Shown here in pieces: positions 23,701 through 37,321 of a DNA stretch of 53,488 nucleotides. The position numbers and the translations under genes were made by a program. Within the stretch, counting starts at the first letter, position 1. Every line of letters begins with the position of its first letter. The notes below the pieces were generated by a model. It did no database searches. It was not told the DNA's origin and saw only the letters and a program-made list of their open reading frames with translations. The DNA is from Welwitschia mirabilis (lineage: Eukaryota), in assembly GCA_051453625.1 (NCBI GenBank), contig JBOZIK010000001.1, forward strand, positions 17,457,499 through 17,510,986, read 5' to 3'.

Positions 23701-26700
23701 TAAAAGAGGTAAGGAGACAGTAGATCATCTTGTCTTAGCCTCTTTTTCCTTAAAAATAACCTACCATCCCCCATTAATGAGTATTGAAAAGAAAGGTCTA
23801 GAGATATAATCTTTGACCCAATTAATCACTTTGAAGGAAAAACCTATTTTTCCATTATATTGAATAGAAACTACTAAGAAACAAAGTAATAGGCCTTTTT
23901 AAGATCAATCTTTATAGCACATAGAGGGCTGATGCTTCTTCTTGCATAATGTTGTACTGGCTCTTGAGCAAGAAAAATATTATGAATAATTCTTCTATGA
24001 GGGATGAATGACTCTTGATTATCTGCTATAATGTCATCTAGCATGTCCTTCAGCCTGTGAGTAATAATCATTGATATAGCTTTATATAAAACATTATAAT
24101 AAGCTATTAGATAAAAATCAGAATCTAAATTAGAAGAAGTCAATTTGGGGATCAGGACAATGGCTATAGAGTTAATGTTTGAGGCATTCTAAAGTCACTA
24201 AAAAAATTCTTCACTACTCTACATATGTTTTCTCCTATGATGTTCCAAGTTGATTTAAAAAACTTTGCAAAAAGTCCATCAGGCCCTGGAGATTTATCAT
24301 TACCAATTGAGAGGAAAGTGTTTCTAATTTTATCATTTGATATTGGCTTGCATAACATAATACATTGTTATTTAGACACGGAGGGGCCATCAGCCAAGAT
24401 AGATGTGTCTAGGTCTGAAACCCTTACCTCATTACATAAAAGATCCTTAAAGACTGAAACAAAATTATTTTTGATATCCTCCTAATTGCTTAACATGTTT
24501 CCATTTGCATCATAGATCACATTAATCTCAGCTCTATTACTCCTTTTCTTAATAAAGGCATGAAAATATGATGAATTTAAGTCCTCCTTAGAGGCCCATC
24601 TTATTTTATCTTGTTGTTTATTAAGCTAATATTAGAGATTTGTATTTTACAATAGTGCCCTTTTCAAATAACATAAATTAGGAATTTGGGGGCACATTTC
24701 TAACTTCTTTTGGATGTTTTAGAGTTTTATATAAGCTTCTTAAGTATCTTGTCTAAGAATACTTGATTTAGCAGTGAATTTCTCTTTAAGAACTACCTTA
24801 AGTTGCTAAAGTTTCCTATGTAGTGCTGTTAAAGTACTACAAGGGGAAGTGGCATTCCATGAAGAAAGGACAAGACTAAGAAACTCATTGCCCTCATACT
24901 AAAAATTATAAAATTTGAAAGGAGGCTTAACTTTGGGACCTATATAGATATTAAGGACACCTGGAGAGTGATCAGAGAGGCCTCACGGAGGAAACTCAGC
25001 AAATGAGTGAGGAAAATAATCTAGCCAATTTGAGTTTATTAGCACTCTGTCCAACTTACAATGAATCCTTTTATACATACTTTGTTTATCCGACCAAGTA
25101 AATGAATAGTTACATTATCTTATATCAAATAGGTGGGTCCTCATAAAAGATTCTAAAATTCCTCTATATCTTTCGGTGACACTGGGAAACCATTACTTTT
25201 TTCTTCAGAATGAGCTATGTAATTAAAATTCCCTAATAGTGCCCAAGGCTTATTTAATACTTGGTTTAAATTTATAATATCGTTCCAGAGCATGCATCTC
25301 TCTTTATGGTTATTAAATGCATAGATAAAGGAGTAGTAGATTCAAGTGTCATTAAAAGATAAATCACAGTGGATAGCTTGGAGCTACGTGGATTTCATAA
25401 CTAATTGAACTTCTTTAGTATTCCATAAAAACAAAATCCTCCCATTAGAGGTGCTTGAGAAATTATGTGCAAATGTTCAAAATTAACTTGGCATATAATT
25501 TTTATCTATAAGCTCTACTTTGCTAACCTGAACTTTAGTTTCTAATAATACAAGTATACTAATATTCTGAAGAGAAATGAAATGATAAATACGTTGCTAC
25601 TTTTTTGGGTCATTTAGGCCTCTAATATTCCAAGAAATAATTTTCATTATTTTGGTTTTGTGTTGTCAAATCCCCCCTTTACCCCTACCCATTTTGGATT
25701 TATGATTATTTGATAGAGTGAGTTTTGGTCTAATTTCTACAATTTTCTACTGAGAAAAATTGACTAACATGATGTCTATGCTTATACTACTAATATTTCT
25801 AATAAATAGAGTAGAATCATTAATCAACTGACNNNNNNNNNNNNNNNNNNNNNNNNNNNNNNNNNNNNNNNNNNNNNNNNNNNNNNNNNNNNNNNNNNNN
25901 NNNNNNNNNNNNNNNNNNNNNNNNNNNNNNNNTTGTCAAAGTACTACAAGGGAAAGTGGCACTCCATGAAGAAAGGATAAGACTAAGAAACTCATTTTCC
26001 TCATACCAAAAATTATAAAATTTGAAATGAGGCTTAACTTTGGGATCTATATAGATAGTAAGAACACTTGGAGAGTGATCAGAGAGGCCTCATGGAGGAA
26101 ACTCAGCAAATGAGTGAGGAAAACAATCTAGCCAATTTGAGTTTATTAGCACTTTGTCCAACTTACAATGAATCCTTTTATACATACTTTATTTATCCAA
26201 CCAAGTAAATGGACAACTCCATTATCTTATATCAAATAGGTGGGTCCTCATAAAAGATTCTAAAGTTCCTCTATATCTTTTGGTAACACTGGGAAGCCAT
26301 TACTTTTTTCTTTAAAATGATCTATGTAATTAAAATCCCCTAATAGTGCCCAAGGCTTCTTTACTGCTTGGTTCAGATTTATAATATCATTCCAGAGCAT
26401 GCATCTCTCTTTATGGTTATTAAATTCATAAATAAAGGAGCAATAAATTCAAGTATCGTTAAAAGACAAATCACAGTGGATAGCTTGGAGATACGTGGAT
26501 TTCATAACTAATTGAACTTCTTTCATATTCCATAAAATCAAAATCCTCCTATTAGAGGTGCTTGAGAAATTATGTGCAAATGTTCAAAAATTACTTGGCA
26601 TACAGTTTTTATCTATAAGTTCTACTTTGCTAACCTAAACTTTAGTTTCTAATAATGTGAGTACACTAATATTCTATAGAGAAATGAAATCGTAAATATG

Positions 26701-26754
26701 TTGGTGCTTTTTTGTGCCATTTAGGCCTCTGATATTCCAAGAAACTATTTTCAT
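20759..26754 (-). pseudogene. LINE ORF2 remnant (APE endonuclease, reverse transcriptase, zf-RVT)
   Basis: MKIISWNIRGLN (ATG at 25647; duplicate MKIVSWNIRGLN at 26754), LLETKV, PWALLGDFN, KLDRVLIN, SDHSP, KSPGPDGLFAKFFK..W.IIG, IKIDLKKAY, GLR*GDPLSPYLF, HLCYANDL (YADD site), SGLEANFSKS, RYLG, WKVRNEIIF. Stop at ~20759. Confidence 0.9.
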
Positions 26755-26799
26755 TATTTTAGTTTAGTATTGTCAAATCCCTCCTTTACCCCTACCCCT

Positions 26800-29700
26800 T
26801 TTTGATTTATGATGGTTTGATAGAGTGAGGTTTGGTTTAATTTCTACAATTTTCATCTGAGAAAATTTGACTGACATGATGTCTATGCTTATACTACTAA
26901 TATTACTAAGAAATAGAGTAGAATCATTAATCAACTAACTTTAAGAAAGGATCTGGGCATGGCTATCATCGGCTTGAGTATCGTTGGTGATGAGGTTGGG
27001 AATAACAGAGACCGCCTACATCTCCCATGGGTTACTCTAGGCAGGACTAGTATTATACTCTGAGCACGATGGTCAGCTGTCTATGTCTATCATAAAATCC
27101 AGGTGAATAGTATTCCATGGCAAAGAAGGAGTTTCTCTGTCTAGTAGATGCAGAGGTTTGGAAAGGCTCTTGTATGAGCCACCACTATCTCTTCTATTTA
27201 CTACTACTCTATCTACCTTATCTAGTGGGGTTGTACTCCTATCAGAAAGTGAAACTAGGGGGAAAAGAATTAGTGAAGCAAAAGGATATGAAAAGGAAGA
27301 TGCTACCGATGACCTGATGCATATGGGAACTTCTCTTTGCTAAGGCAGCGAGGGATGGAATCCATTACTAGTACTACGCATGATGGCATCAAGAACCTCC
27401 ATGGATCTAGGGTTGTGCTTATACTACAAATTGGAAATCCTATCTAAAAAAACCCTAGCTAAAGAGATGCTAGGGTCTGAAAGGACCAACTTCCAAATAT
27501 GTTTGATTCTTTTCTTTTTTAGGAATAGATCTGTAGAGTGCCCAAAGGAGATGCACGATAAACATTTTGAAGGCATCCACTCATTCTCAATCCTCTACTC
27601 CAAACCTGCACCTTTGGGTTCTTTTATAGTAATAACTAATGGTATTTAATACTCTGGATGATTCTCGACACATATTCTGGTATATCTTAGCCTTTATTGT
27701 ATCATCATAATTATGTCAAAATAGATCAGCCTTCCGATTGCGCTTGCAATTCTGGATATAACCCTCGCTGACCAAAGATGTAAGTTAAGGCTCAATAATT
27801 TCAGCTAAATTGGGAAATGTATGATCTTATCTATTTCCATAGGCAAATCNNNNNNNNNNNNNNNNNNNNNNNNNNNNNNNNNNNNNNNNNNNNNNNNNNN
27901 NNNNNNNNNNNNNNNNNNNNNNNNNNNNNNNNNNNNNNNNNNNNNNNNNNNNNNNNNNNNNNNNNNNNNNNNNNNNNNNNNNNNNNNNNNNNNNNNNNNN
28001 NNNNNNNNNNNNNNNNNNNNNNNNNNNNNNNNNNNNNNNNNNNNNNNNNNNNNNNNNNNNNNNNNNNNNNNNNNNNNNNNNNNNNNNNNNNNNNNNNNNN
28101 NNNNNNNNNNNNNNNNNNNNNNNNNNNNNNNNNNNNNNNNNNNNNNNNNNNNNNNNNNNNNNNNNNNNNNNNNNNNNNNNNNNNNNNNNNNNNNNNNNNN
28201 NNNNNNNNNNNNNNNNNNNNNNNNNNNNNNNNNNNNNNNNNNNNNNNNNNNNNNNNNNNNNNNNNNNNNNNNNNNNNNNNNNNNNNNNNNNNNNNNNNNN
28301 NNNNNNNNNNNNNNNNNNNNNNNNNNNNNNNNNNNNNNNNNNNNNNNNNNNNNNNNNNNNNNNNNNNNNNNNNNNNNNNNNNNNNNNNNNNNNNNNNNNN
28401 NNNNNNNNNNNNNNNNNNNNNNNNNNNNNNNNNNNNNNNNNNNNNNNNNNNNNNNNNNNNNNNNNNNNNNNNNNNNNNNNNNNNNNNNNNNNNNNNNNNN
28501 NNNNNNNNNNNNNNNNNNNNNNNNNNNNNNNNNNNNNNNNNNNNNNNNNNNNNNNNNNNNNNNNNNNNNNNNNNNNNTGTAATTCTAGATATAACCCTTG
28601 TTGACCAAAGACATAAGTTAAGGCTTAGTAATTTCAGCCAAATTGGAAAATGCATAAGCGAATCTAGGGATCAGGGCTTAAGTATCAAAGCTCTCCTATC
28701 AAATGGCTTAGGGCCCTTTTCTAGAATGCTAAGCATCTTTTCTTTCAAGAGAAACTTAAACAAGAAAATACCTCTTTGGAATAGAGATTTTGAAATAGTT
28801 TCTTCTCCTCCCCATATATTTTTAATGTAGTTTTGGACTTTNNNNNNNNNNNNNNNNNNNNNNNNNNNNNNNNNNNNNNNNNNNNNNNNNNNNNNNNNNN
28901 NNNNNNNNNNNNNNNNNNNNNNNNNNNNNNNNNNNNNNNNNAAGTATCAAAGCTCTCCTATCAAATGGATCAGGGCCCTTCTCTAGAATACTAAGAATTT
29001 TTTCTTTCTAGAGAAACTTAAACAAGAAAATACCTCTTTGAAATAGAGATGTTAAAATATTTTCTTCTCCTCCCCATCTATTTTTAATGTAATTTTGGAC
29101 TTTTTAAAAGGCTATTTTAGTCCATACATAAAACCCACCAGTGTGTTCTCCTAGTAGGCAGCACCATTATTCCAGTCCTACTCATCTATCTTCACTTCAT
29201 TGAATAAGAACTANNNNNNNNNNNNNNNNNNNNNNNNNNNNNNNNNNNNNNNNNNNNNNNNNNNNNNNNNNNNNNNNNNNNNNNNNNNNNNNNNNNNNNN
29301 NNNNNNNNNNNNNNNNNNNNNNNNNNNNNNNNNNNNNNNNNNNNNNNNNNNNNNNNNNNNNNNNNNNNNNNNNNNNNNNNNNNNNNNNNNNNNNNNNNNN
29401 NNNNNNNNNNNNNNNNNNNNNNNNNNNNNNNNNNNNNNNNNNNNNNNNNNNNNNNNNNNNNNNNNNNNNNNNNNNNNNNNNNNNNNNNNNNNNNNNNNNN
29501 NNNNNNNNNNNNNNNNNNNNNNNNNNNNNNNNNNNNNNNNNNNNNNNNNNNNNNNNNNNNNNNNNNNNNNNNNNNNNNNNNNNNNNNNNNNNNNNNNNNN
29601 NNNNNNNNNNNNNNNNNNNNNNNNNNNNNNNNNNNNNNNNNNNNNNNNNNNNNNNNNNNNNNNNNNNNNNNNNNNNNNNNNNNNNNNNNNNNNNNNNNNN

Positions 29701-30569
29701 NNNNNNNNNNNNNNNNNNNNNNNNNNNNNNNNNNNNNNNNNNNNNNNNNNNNNNNNNNNNNNNNNNNNNNNNNNNNNNNNNNNNNNNNNNNNNNNNNNNN
29801 NNNNNNNNNNNNNNNNNNNNNNNNNNNNNNNNNNNNNNNNNNNNNNNNNNNNNNNNNNNNNNNNNNNNNNNNNNNNNNNNNNNNNNNNNNNNNNNNNNNN
29901 NNNNNNNNNNNNNNNNNNNNNNNNNNNNNNNNNNNNNNNNNNNNNNNNNNNNNNNNNNNNNNNNNNNNNNNNNNNNNNNNNNNNNNNNNNNNNNNNNNNN
30001 NNNNNNNNNNNNNNNNNNNNNNNNNNNNNNNNNNNNNNNNNNNNNNNNNNNNNNNNNNNNNNNNNNNNNNNNNNNNAAGGTGGTTTTAGTCCATACACAA
30101 AACCCACCAGTGTGTTCTCCTAGTAGGTAGCAACTTCGTTCCAATCCTATTCATCTATCTCCACTTCATTGAATGAGAACTACTATGGAACAAACTCCAA
30201 CTTAAATCCTTCTTCTACATTCTAGTTATAAGTGACTATCTCAGCCCATGTTCTTTGAGCATTAGATGGTCTAACTCTCTCTGGCAGTTCCATTTGCAAT
30301 CCTAAGGCACAAGGAGCAGGGGGTAATAGCAAGGGATTGCACTCAGCCTATCTTGCATCACGCTCTTTGACTAATGAGAAGATAGTTTCTCCTTATCTTT
30401 AAAACATAGAAGACATTAGGCATCTTATTCTTAAAGCAGAGGAGGCATCAGATATGTAGCTTTAACTCTTAAAATGTAATAAGACAACAAGGCTATGGTT
30501 TTAGATAAGGGTCTATGCCTTCCTTAATCACTTAGGTTGTTTATTATAGCCTGGCTTCATTCTTCCCAT
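26800..30569 (-). pseudogene. LINE ORF1 remnant (DUF4283/RRM plus CCHC-like knuckle)
   Basis: NTLVGF...RGIFLFKFL....LSILEKGP..FDRRALILKP, PIWLKLLSLNLCLWSTRVISRIASAIGRLIYFD, RICVE, EWMPSKCLSCISFGH (~27525-27585). Candidate start MGRMK at 30569. Confidence 0.8.
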
Positions 30570-30779
30570 TCTTTTTCTTATGTCTCTTTAATGATCTTCT
30601 AGTGAAAACCTAGTTCTGGTTGAAAATATAACCCCTTTTTTTCATTAACACAACTTCCTTCCTATTTCTTAACATTTTTCAAAGTGATTAATATGACTTT
30701 ACTAGGTTTCTAGCCTATGTTAATCTTCTTCCACATTTGCATTGATTGGTCTTATCTTCTTCATTTTTGACAGTGTAAC

Positions 30780-31800
30780 ATTAGGGAAAAAGAAAGTTCT
30801 TAAAGAAAATGATAAGCCAATAAATCCTTATTAACCATTTAGATGTTACTTACTGATAAAAGTTTGACAAATGGTAAAAATAGAAAGTGTTACAATACCT
30901 TCACAATTTTGCAAGGCTATCAATTGTTCATATTGGTTTCAAGGGTAAATAATGAAATAGAAGAGATGGATACATGAGTCTGAGCAGGAGACGACCAATC
31001 TGGTTAGTGTTCTAAAGTTCCTAGTATGTCAAAGACAAACATCGAACTAATGTTAAGGGTGTTCTTAATAGGTCAAATGATGTTTCTAAACCACAAGAGA
31101 TAAGGATCCCTAAGGTCCCTTATTGGAAGAAAAGGTTGGCATTTCCACAAAATGTTTGAAAACTAGCTGAGTAAGAATCCTTACCATTAAGGAACACCAT
31201 AAGGTTCTAGTTATTTCTAAATTACTACAACAACAACCTTCAATGGAGTTGCCACTCTACCTGTAATGAACAATGCTCCATATTAACTATGAAAAGAGTC
31301 CCTTACAAATACCAAAGATTGTATGATAGGTTTAAACTTTGATAAAAGCAAGCTAAGGGCCTAGTCAAATCTAGAATCACTTTCAAAAATGCTTATTTTT
31401 ATTTCTATTGTGTTATTGTTTTGCACTGCTAGATTAAATACTATTGGTTTTCTTAGGAATGAAATCCTTCTATCTCAATGGGATGGGGCCAGCGACTTTG
31501 GGAATTCTTGAAATTTGGATTTTTTATAATCTGTTACACTCAAGATCTAAAGATCACTACACTGCTGACACGTTGACTCTATTATTGTTTTAGTCTGGAC
31601 ATTGGACTGTGCAGTTTTAGGACTAGGCTTCATAACCTCGTTGACACCTTATCTTAATAACATCCCATTTGATATCTCCAAAATCTTGCCTATCCCAAAT
31701 GATCCTTCACTAATAACCTATGAATTATGGAATTCTTTCATATTACAACTCAACATACCTTACTGTTTCAATTTATTAACCTTAAATCTATTACATGATT
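30780..31800 (-). pseudogene. Probable Tekay gag/protease-start remnant
   Basis: Expected position between the 5' leader and the LINE. EGIVTLSIFTICQ at ~30865-30905 loosely resembles DVVTGILSIC that precedes Tekay proteases. Confidence 0.3.
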
Positions 31801-31959
31801 TTCGATTTTAAAAAAAAAGAAGGGAAGTCAATGAAAGAATATGGAAACTAGAGGAATAGTAACAATAGTTCTGCTTACTTACAATTGCCCATACGACATG
31901 CCAACACATGTCAAACCTTTGCCTTTTATCAGTAATCAAAAATTGAATGAAGAATTAAG

Positions 31960-33030
31960 AGACTACATTTGATTAAAAACCTTTCATTCCTAATCAAATC
32001 TAAGTCATGTTTCTTTATTCCATGTCATTGTGAACTCTGTATCGTGTGAGATTTTCAATTATCAAGATGTTAAAACCATCTAAGATTGACATAGATAAGG
32101 GAACCCTAATAATATTCAATAATTCTTCAAGTATAATTCCATCTTCAAACATGCATTTAAATAATACTAAGATCACTACCTCAACTAGCTAAATGGTACT
32201 AGTCAAGCTTTTTTTCAAGCTCTTAGTGAAGGACTTGTGCACTGTCAAGCATAAGTCTCTCTTCTTAGATGTTATATGATAAGAAAACATTCTCTTTCCA
32301 AGTACCCATAAAATCGTGTCCTTTAACCTAAATCCTTAGACATTTGTATGTGCATTTTAAGCATGTACTATGTTAACTCCACTGCATCTATGAGGGAGCT
32401 TAATTACTAATCATGATTTACTTCCATTAATAATTAATTATAGAAATAAAATGTATAGGTAACACGCTATTAGCTTAGGCCACTTCAATCCACATAAAAG
32501 AAAAAAATATGGCTATCGATTAGACTTAAAACTATTAACCTATGAAATTATGTCTCCATTCCATTTATAGGATACTTTTATTGTGACTCCACACTTACGT
32601 GTTTTAGAGGGTTCTTATTCAAACTTGTAGGAAATGAATTCTAACATTATGTACCATAAACTCTTGTAAAGCAACAAGGAATTTGATTACCCACAATACA
32701 CTCATCATTTATTGGGTCTTCCACCAGTTCATGAATCTTATCAAAAATGATGGCGATGCATCCAGTGCTCTACTATGCCTCTCATAGAAGAAGTCTTGCC
32801 ATTTTCTATTAGTGCAGTCACCCATAGGGAGCTTACAATTTTAGGTGCTAACCTAATGTGGCCCTTCATTATGTCAACATTGGTAAGGGGGGCTACTATG
32901 ATTTCATGATCTGTGCTCTTATGTATGACATGGAGTGCTCCAGACTTCATCCTTCTTTCATGATATGGGGCAGCTGAGGCAAAGCTCAAGGAAATAGCAG
33001 ATGTCTAAATAATGTGGAGGGAATATTATT
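31960..33030 (-). pseudogene. Degraded PLS-class pentatricopeptide-repeat (PPR)-like gene fragment inside the Tekay 5' leader
   Basis: Minus-strand motifs in order: DA..IFDKIHE (~32729-32762, frameshifted), KCGVTIKVSYKWNGDIIS* (32596-32540, one frame), DSAQV/FTKSLKKSLTS (~32198-32248), LFKCMFEDGI (~32135-32164), KVFNQM (31966-31983). Confidence 0.45.
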
Positions 33031-33912
33031 ATTGCATCTATTAAATGTTTTAAGATTTTAACGGATGATAAGTATTAACATTAATTTCATAAGATGTTTG
33101 CTCTTATTAAATGTTCATTTGATAGTGTAATTATACCACTAAACGGAGACCATTTTTATCNNNNNNNNNNNNNNNNNNNNNNNNNTTTTCTTAGTTTTTC
33201 AATATATTTATATTATAATACGTTTTTTAATTATAATATTATTTAGTATTATATATATATCATATTTATTTTCTGTGATAGTAATATATACATATATATG
33301 TTCTAGAGATCTTTCATCTAAAGATAATTATCTAAAACATTAAATGCTTTTGTGTATTCTATTTACACTTTTTTCATTCAAGAGTGTAACATCAACAAGC
33401 ATACAATAAACTTTAGGCATTGGTATTAGAACATATAATAGCTTAATAACACTTATGTCTAGCTAACCTGCAATCCTAGGCTTTANNNNNNNNNNNNNNN
33501 NNNNNNNNNNNNNNNNNNNNNNNNNNNNNNNNNNNNNNNNNNNNNNNNNNNNNNNNNNNNNNNNNNNNNNNNNNNNNNNNNNNNNTAATATATTTATATT
33601 GCAATATGTTTTTTAATTATAATATTATTTAGTATTTTATATATATATATGTCATATTAATATATATATATTCTAGAGATATTTCATTTAAAGATATTTA
33701 TATAAAACATTAGATGCTTTTGTGTATTCTGTTCACACTTTTTTCATTCAAGAGTGTAACATCGACAAGCATACAATAAACTTTAGGCATTGATGTTAGA
33801 ACCTATAATATCTTAATAACACTTACGTCTAGCTAAATTGCAATCCTAGGCTTTAATGTTAAAATGTATCATGCCTTCATAATAACTCCACCCAGTGATT
33901 CCACAACCTAGT

Positions 33913-33924
33913 GCTCTAATACCA
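33913..33924 (-). promoter_or_regulatory. Primer-binding site (tRNA-iMet type) of the Tekay element
   Basis: gctctaatacca (minus tggtattagagc), 3 nt from the LTR edge at 33928. Confidence 0.85.
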
Positions 33925-33927
33925 AAA

Positions 33928-36900
33928 TGTAATACCCCAAAATTTCTAATGTTGAAACTTCAAAAATTCTATAATATTCTGATAATAAGATATAACACTG
34001 CATTTGTTTTTTCCTAATCTTACAAACATTACTTAATTAGTAAGCAATTAAATCCTCATTATTTCCCTTTATAAAAAGCATTAATTAAAACCTATCTATA
34101 TTATTGATAGAAATTTCAATCTCTATAATGTGCATCTCAAGAATTTATAACTTCCTTTCTCCTCCAAGATACCGTAATTGTTCCCTCTTTACTGTTATTG
34201 ACAAGGAAGTGGTTGGTAGGTTAAGTCTTACCATGAGCACTAACAGCCCCTTTTGCTAGTTATTACTTTAATTTCCCTCTTATCCACTAACCTTAAATTA
34301 TTTATANNNNNNNNNNNNNNNNNNNNNNNNNNNNNNNNNNNNNNNNNNNNNNNNNNNNNNNNNNNNNNNNNNNNNNNNNNNNNNNNNNNNNNNNNNNNNN
34401 NNNNNNNNNNNNNNNNNNNNNNNNNNNNNNNNNNNNNNNNNNNNNNNNNNNNNNNNNNNNNNNNNNNNNNNNNNNNNNNNNNNNNNNNNNNNNNNNNNNN
34501 NNNNNNNNNNNNNNNNNNNNNNNNNNNNNNNNNNNNNNNNNNNNNNNNNNNNNNNNNNNNNNNNNNNNNNNNNNNNNNNNNNNNNNNNNNNNNNNNNNNN
34601 NNNNNNNNNNNNNNNNNNNNNNNNNNNNNNNNNNNNAATAAAATATTTCATAAATACATGGGTAAAGATTTAAGATTTTAATAAATTTCATTAAATAATA
34701 ACTAGAAAATATGATAATAAATAAATTTTATTACAAAATTTCAAGAATAAAAATCATCATTCTATAAATCATAAAATTTCAAAGTAAACTTTAAATACTG
34801 CAAGCCACACACTTATGAATAAATAGAGTATGTCTCTCACCAAAATAAGAAATAACACATTGAATGTTTATGTATTCAAGTATTTAATTCTAATAGTCAA
34901 AAAGAGATATAATTAATCAAGAGATTTTTCACCAATATAGATCCAACGATCCTTCATAAACTCATGCTTATCTCAACAATTAAACTCTAGATTTATCACT
35001 TGTCACAAAAAGGTATGGGATGAGAACTATGAATATCTCATAGCCTCCCAGTATGGCCCAAGTGAGAATACATAATTTGAAAAGATTCTTCAAGGATTAA
35101 AATAAAAAGGACAATTCAAGAATACAAGAAATCCAAGATATAACATAGATAATAGCTCATGTTTATAAATGATAATATCAAATATAATAAATGTCTCAAT
35201 CACTTCACTGCCTCCTTTGGCAAACTGTANNNNNNNNNNNNNNNNNNNNNNNNNNNNNNNNNNNNNNNNNNNNNNNNNNNNNNNNNNNNNNNNNNNNNNN
35301 NNNNNNNNNNNNNNNNNNNNNNNNNNNNNNNNNNNNNNNNNNNNNNNNNNNNNNNNNNNNNNNNNNNNNNNNNNNNNNNNNNNNNNNNNNNNNNNNNNNN
35401 NNNNNNNNNNNNNNNNNNNNNNNNNNNNNNNNNNNNNNNNNNNNNNNNNNNNNNNNNNNNNNNNNNNNNNNNNNNNNNNNNNNNNNNNNNNNNNNNNNNN
35501 NNNNNNNNNNNNNNNNNNNNNNNNNNNNNNNNNNNNNNNNNNNNNNNNNNNNNNNNNNNNNNNNNNNNNNNNNNNNNNNNNNNNNNNNNNNNNNNNNNNN
35601 NNNNNNNNNNNNNNNNNNNNNNNNNNNNNNNNNNNNNNNNNNNNNNNNNNNNNNNNNNNNNNNNNNNNNNNNNNNNNNNNNNNNNNNNNNNNNNNNNNNN
35701 NNNNNNNNNNNNNNNNNNNNNNNNNNNNNNNNNNNNNNNNNNNNNNNNNNNNNNNNNNNNNNNNNNNNNNNNNNNNNNNNNNNNNNNNNNNNNNNNNNNN
35801 NNNNNNNNNNNNNNNNNNNNNNNNNNNNNNNNNNNNNNNNNNNNNNNNNNNNNNNNNNNNNNNNNNNNNNNNNNNNNNNNNNNNNNNNNNNNNNNNNTAC
35901 TCATAATATATATATATAATCTCAATCATCTTTAAATTCACTACCTTATTTTGGTGTTTTTTGAAGCCCACTTTCTCATTTGGTGATCTATGATAATATA
36001 ATATCCCCACTACCTCATTCAATGATCTGTGAAATTCTCTCTTCACTGCCTCATTCAGCGATCTATGGGATTCTCTCTTTACTACCTTGTTCAGCAATCT
36101 GTAAAGTTCACTACTTCATTTGGTGATCTGTGGAAAATCTGTAACTATAACTTCAATAAGATGATATCATAAAGCTAAGACAAGTTTGTCCACAATGTAA
36201 TATCTTGACAAAACTTAAAAAGCAGATAACAAGATGAGTATGATATGATTTAATCACAAATTTTCATCTCNNNNNNNNNNNNNNNNNNNNNNNNNNNNNN
36301 NNNNNNNNNNNNNNNNNNNNNNNNNNNNNNNNNNNNNNNNNNNNNNNNNNNNNNNNNNNNNNNNNNNNNNCAGATAACAAGATGAGTACAATATGATTTA
36401 ATCACAAATTTTCCTCTCATAAAAGAAGATAACTTCAAGATATCAAGAAAAGATAAATAAATTTATGATATATGTCAATACAAAGTTTTTCTTGTTCAAG
36501 TAACATATGATTTAATAACTAACTTGTAAGAATTCATACGCTTCAATCTCAATAAACAAATGCATAATAAAGGACTATTAAGAAAATACAAGAGAATAAA
36601 ACCATACATAAATGTGACAGTTTCAATAAAAATTGCATAAAAAGGAAGCAACAAGGAAGCATAAAAGTAAAGAACCATACATAAACATGACTATTTCAAT
36701 ACAATTCATATAATAAAGGACTAACAAAGAAGCACAAAAGTAAAGAATCATATGTGTAATTTCACTATNNNNNNNNNNNNNNNNNNNNNNNNNNNNNNNN
36801 NNNNNNNNNNNNNNNNNNNNNNNNNNNNNNNNNNNGTTTTAGAATAACTCTATTTAAAGTGAGAGAACATGAGTGAGGTGACGAAACTTAGAAATATGAA

Positions 36901-37321
36901 AGGATACAACATGAGTTGACGATTAAGAAATGGGTTACATAACATCTCATAAATGATTGCCTAGCCACTGGATGATTTTAATAATATAATCAATATAATG
37001 CTTCACATTTAATAATGAGGAAAAAGGATAAATAACATATCTCTATAATATACATTCATTTCAGCATAAGTGCATAAGTAAATAAAAGAAATCATTTTCA
37101 CCATAAGAGAATATGAAAATTAAATACAAACATTTAATCAAAATGGTATTCGTATTACAATTTAATAAGACTATATTTTAAGAACATAGCATTTACAACA
37201 ATTTGAAAGAGGGAGGAAGGGAGGGAAGGAGGGGGGTGTGGTTCAAGTAGTTCAATATTTTTTGAATATTTAATTAAACATAGACTTGTAAATTTTATAG
37301 GGTAAAAATGTGGATTTTACA
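33928..37321 (-). repeat. Tekay 5' LTR (~3.4 kb including gaps)
   Basis: Homologous to 1051-4424, adjacent to the PBS, ends ...gtggattttaca. Confidence 0.85.
35939..36132. repeat. 24-bp unit array in the 5' LTR (6 units right of the AT-rich linker; more are hidden in the gap after ~35205)
   Basis: Same CACTGCCTCATTCGGCGATCTGTG-like units and linkers as 3104-3387. Confidence 0.8.

Larger units (their letters stand above)
19795..30620 (-). mobile_element. L1-clade LINE, near full length but assembled as a mosaic of overlapping diverged copies
   Basis: ORF1 (DUF4283 plus zinc knuckle), ORF2 (endonuclease, RT, zf-RVT), ~1-kb 3' UTR and a T-run at 19795-19802, all in the expected order on the minus strand. 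Confidence 0.9.
1051..37321 (-). mobile_element. Degenerate full-span Ty3/gypsy chromovirus (Tekay/Del lineage) carrying nested insertions
   Basis: Two long direct repeats start tgtaata(t/c)cc at 1051 and 33928 and end ...aaaatgtgga....aca at 4424 and 37321. Reverse-complement PBS at 33913-33924, reverse-complement PPT at 4425-4440, chromodomain-like remnant next to the PPT, flanks ttatt (1046-1050) and ttatc (37322-37326). Confidence 0.85.

Noticed and set aside
13930..30670. Target-site duplication for the large LINE
   Set aside because: No convincing direct repeat between the tail flank (~13930-13947 or ~14440-14460) and the 5' flank (~30620-30670).
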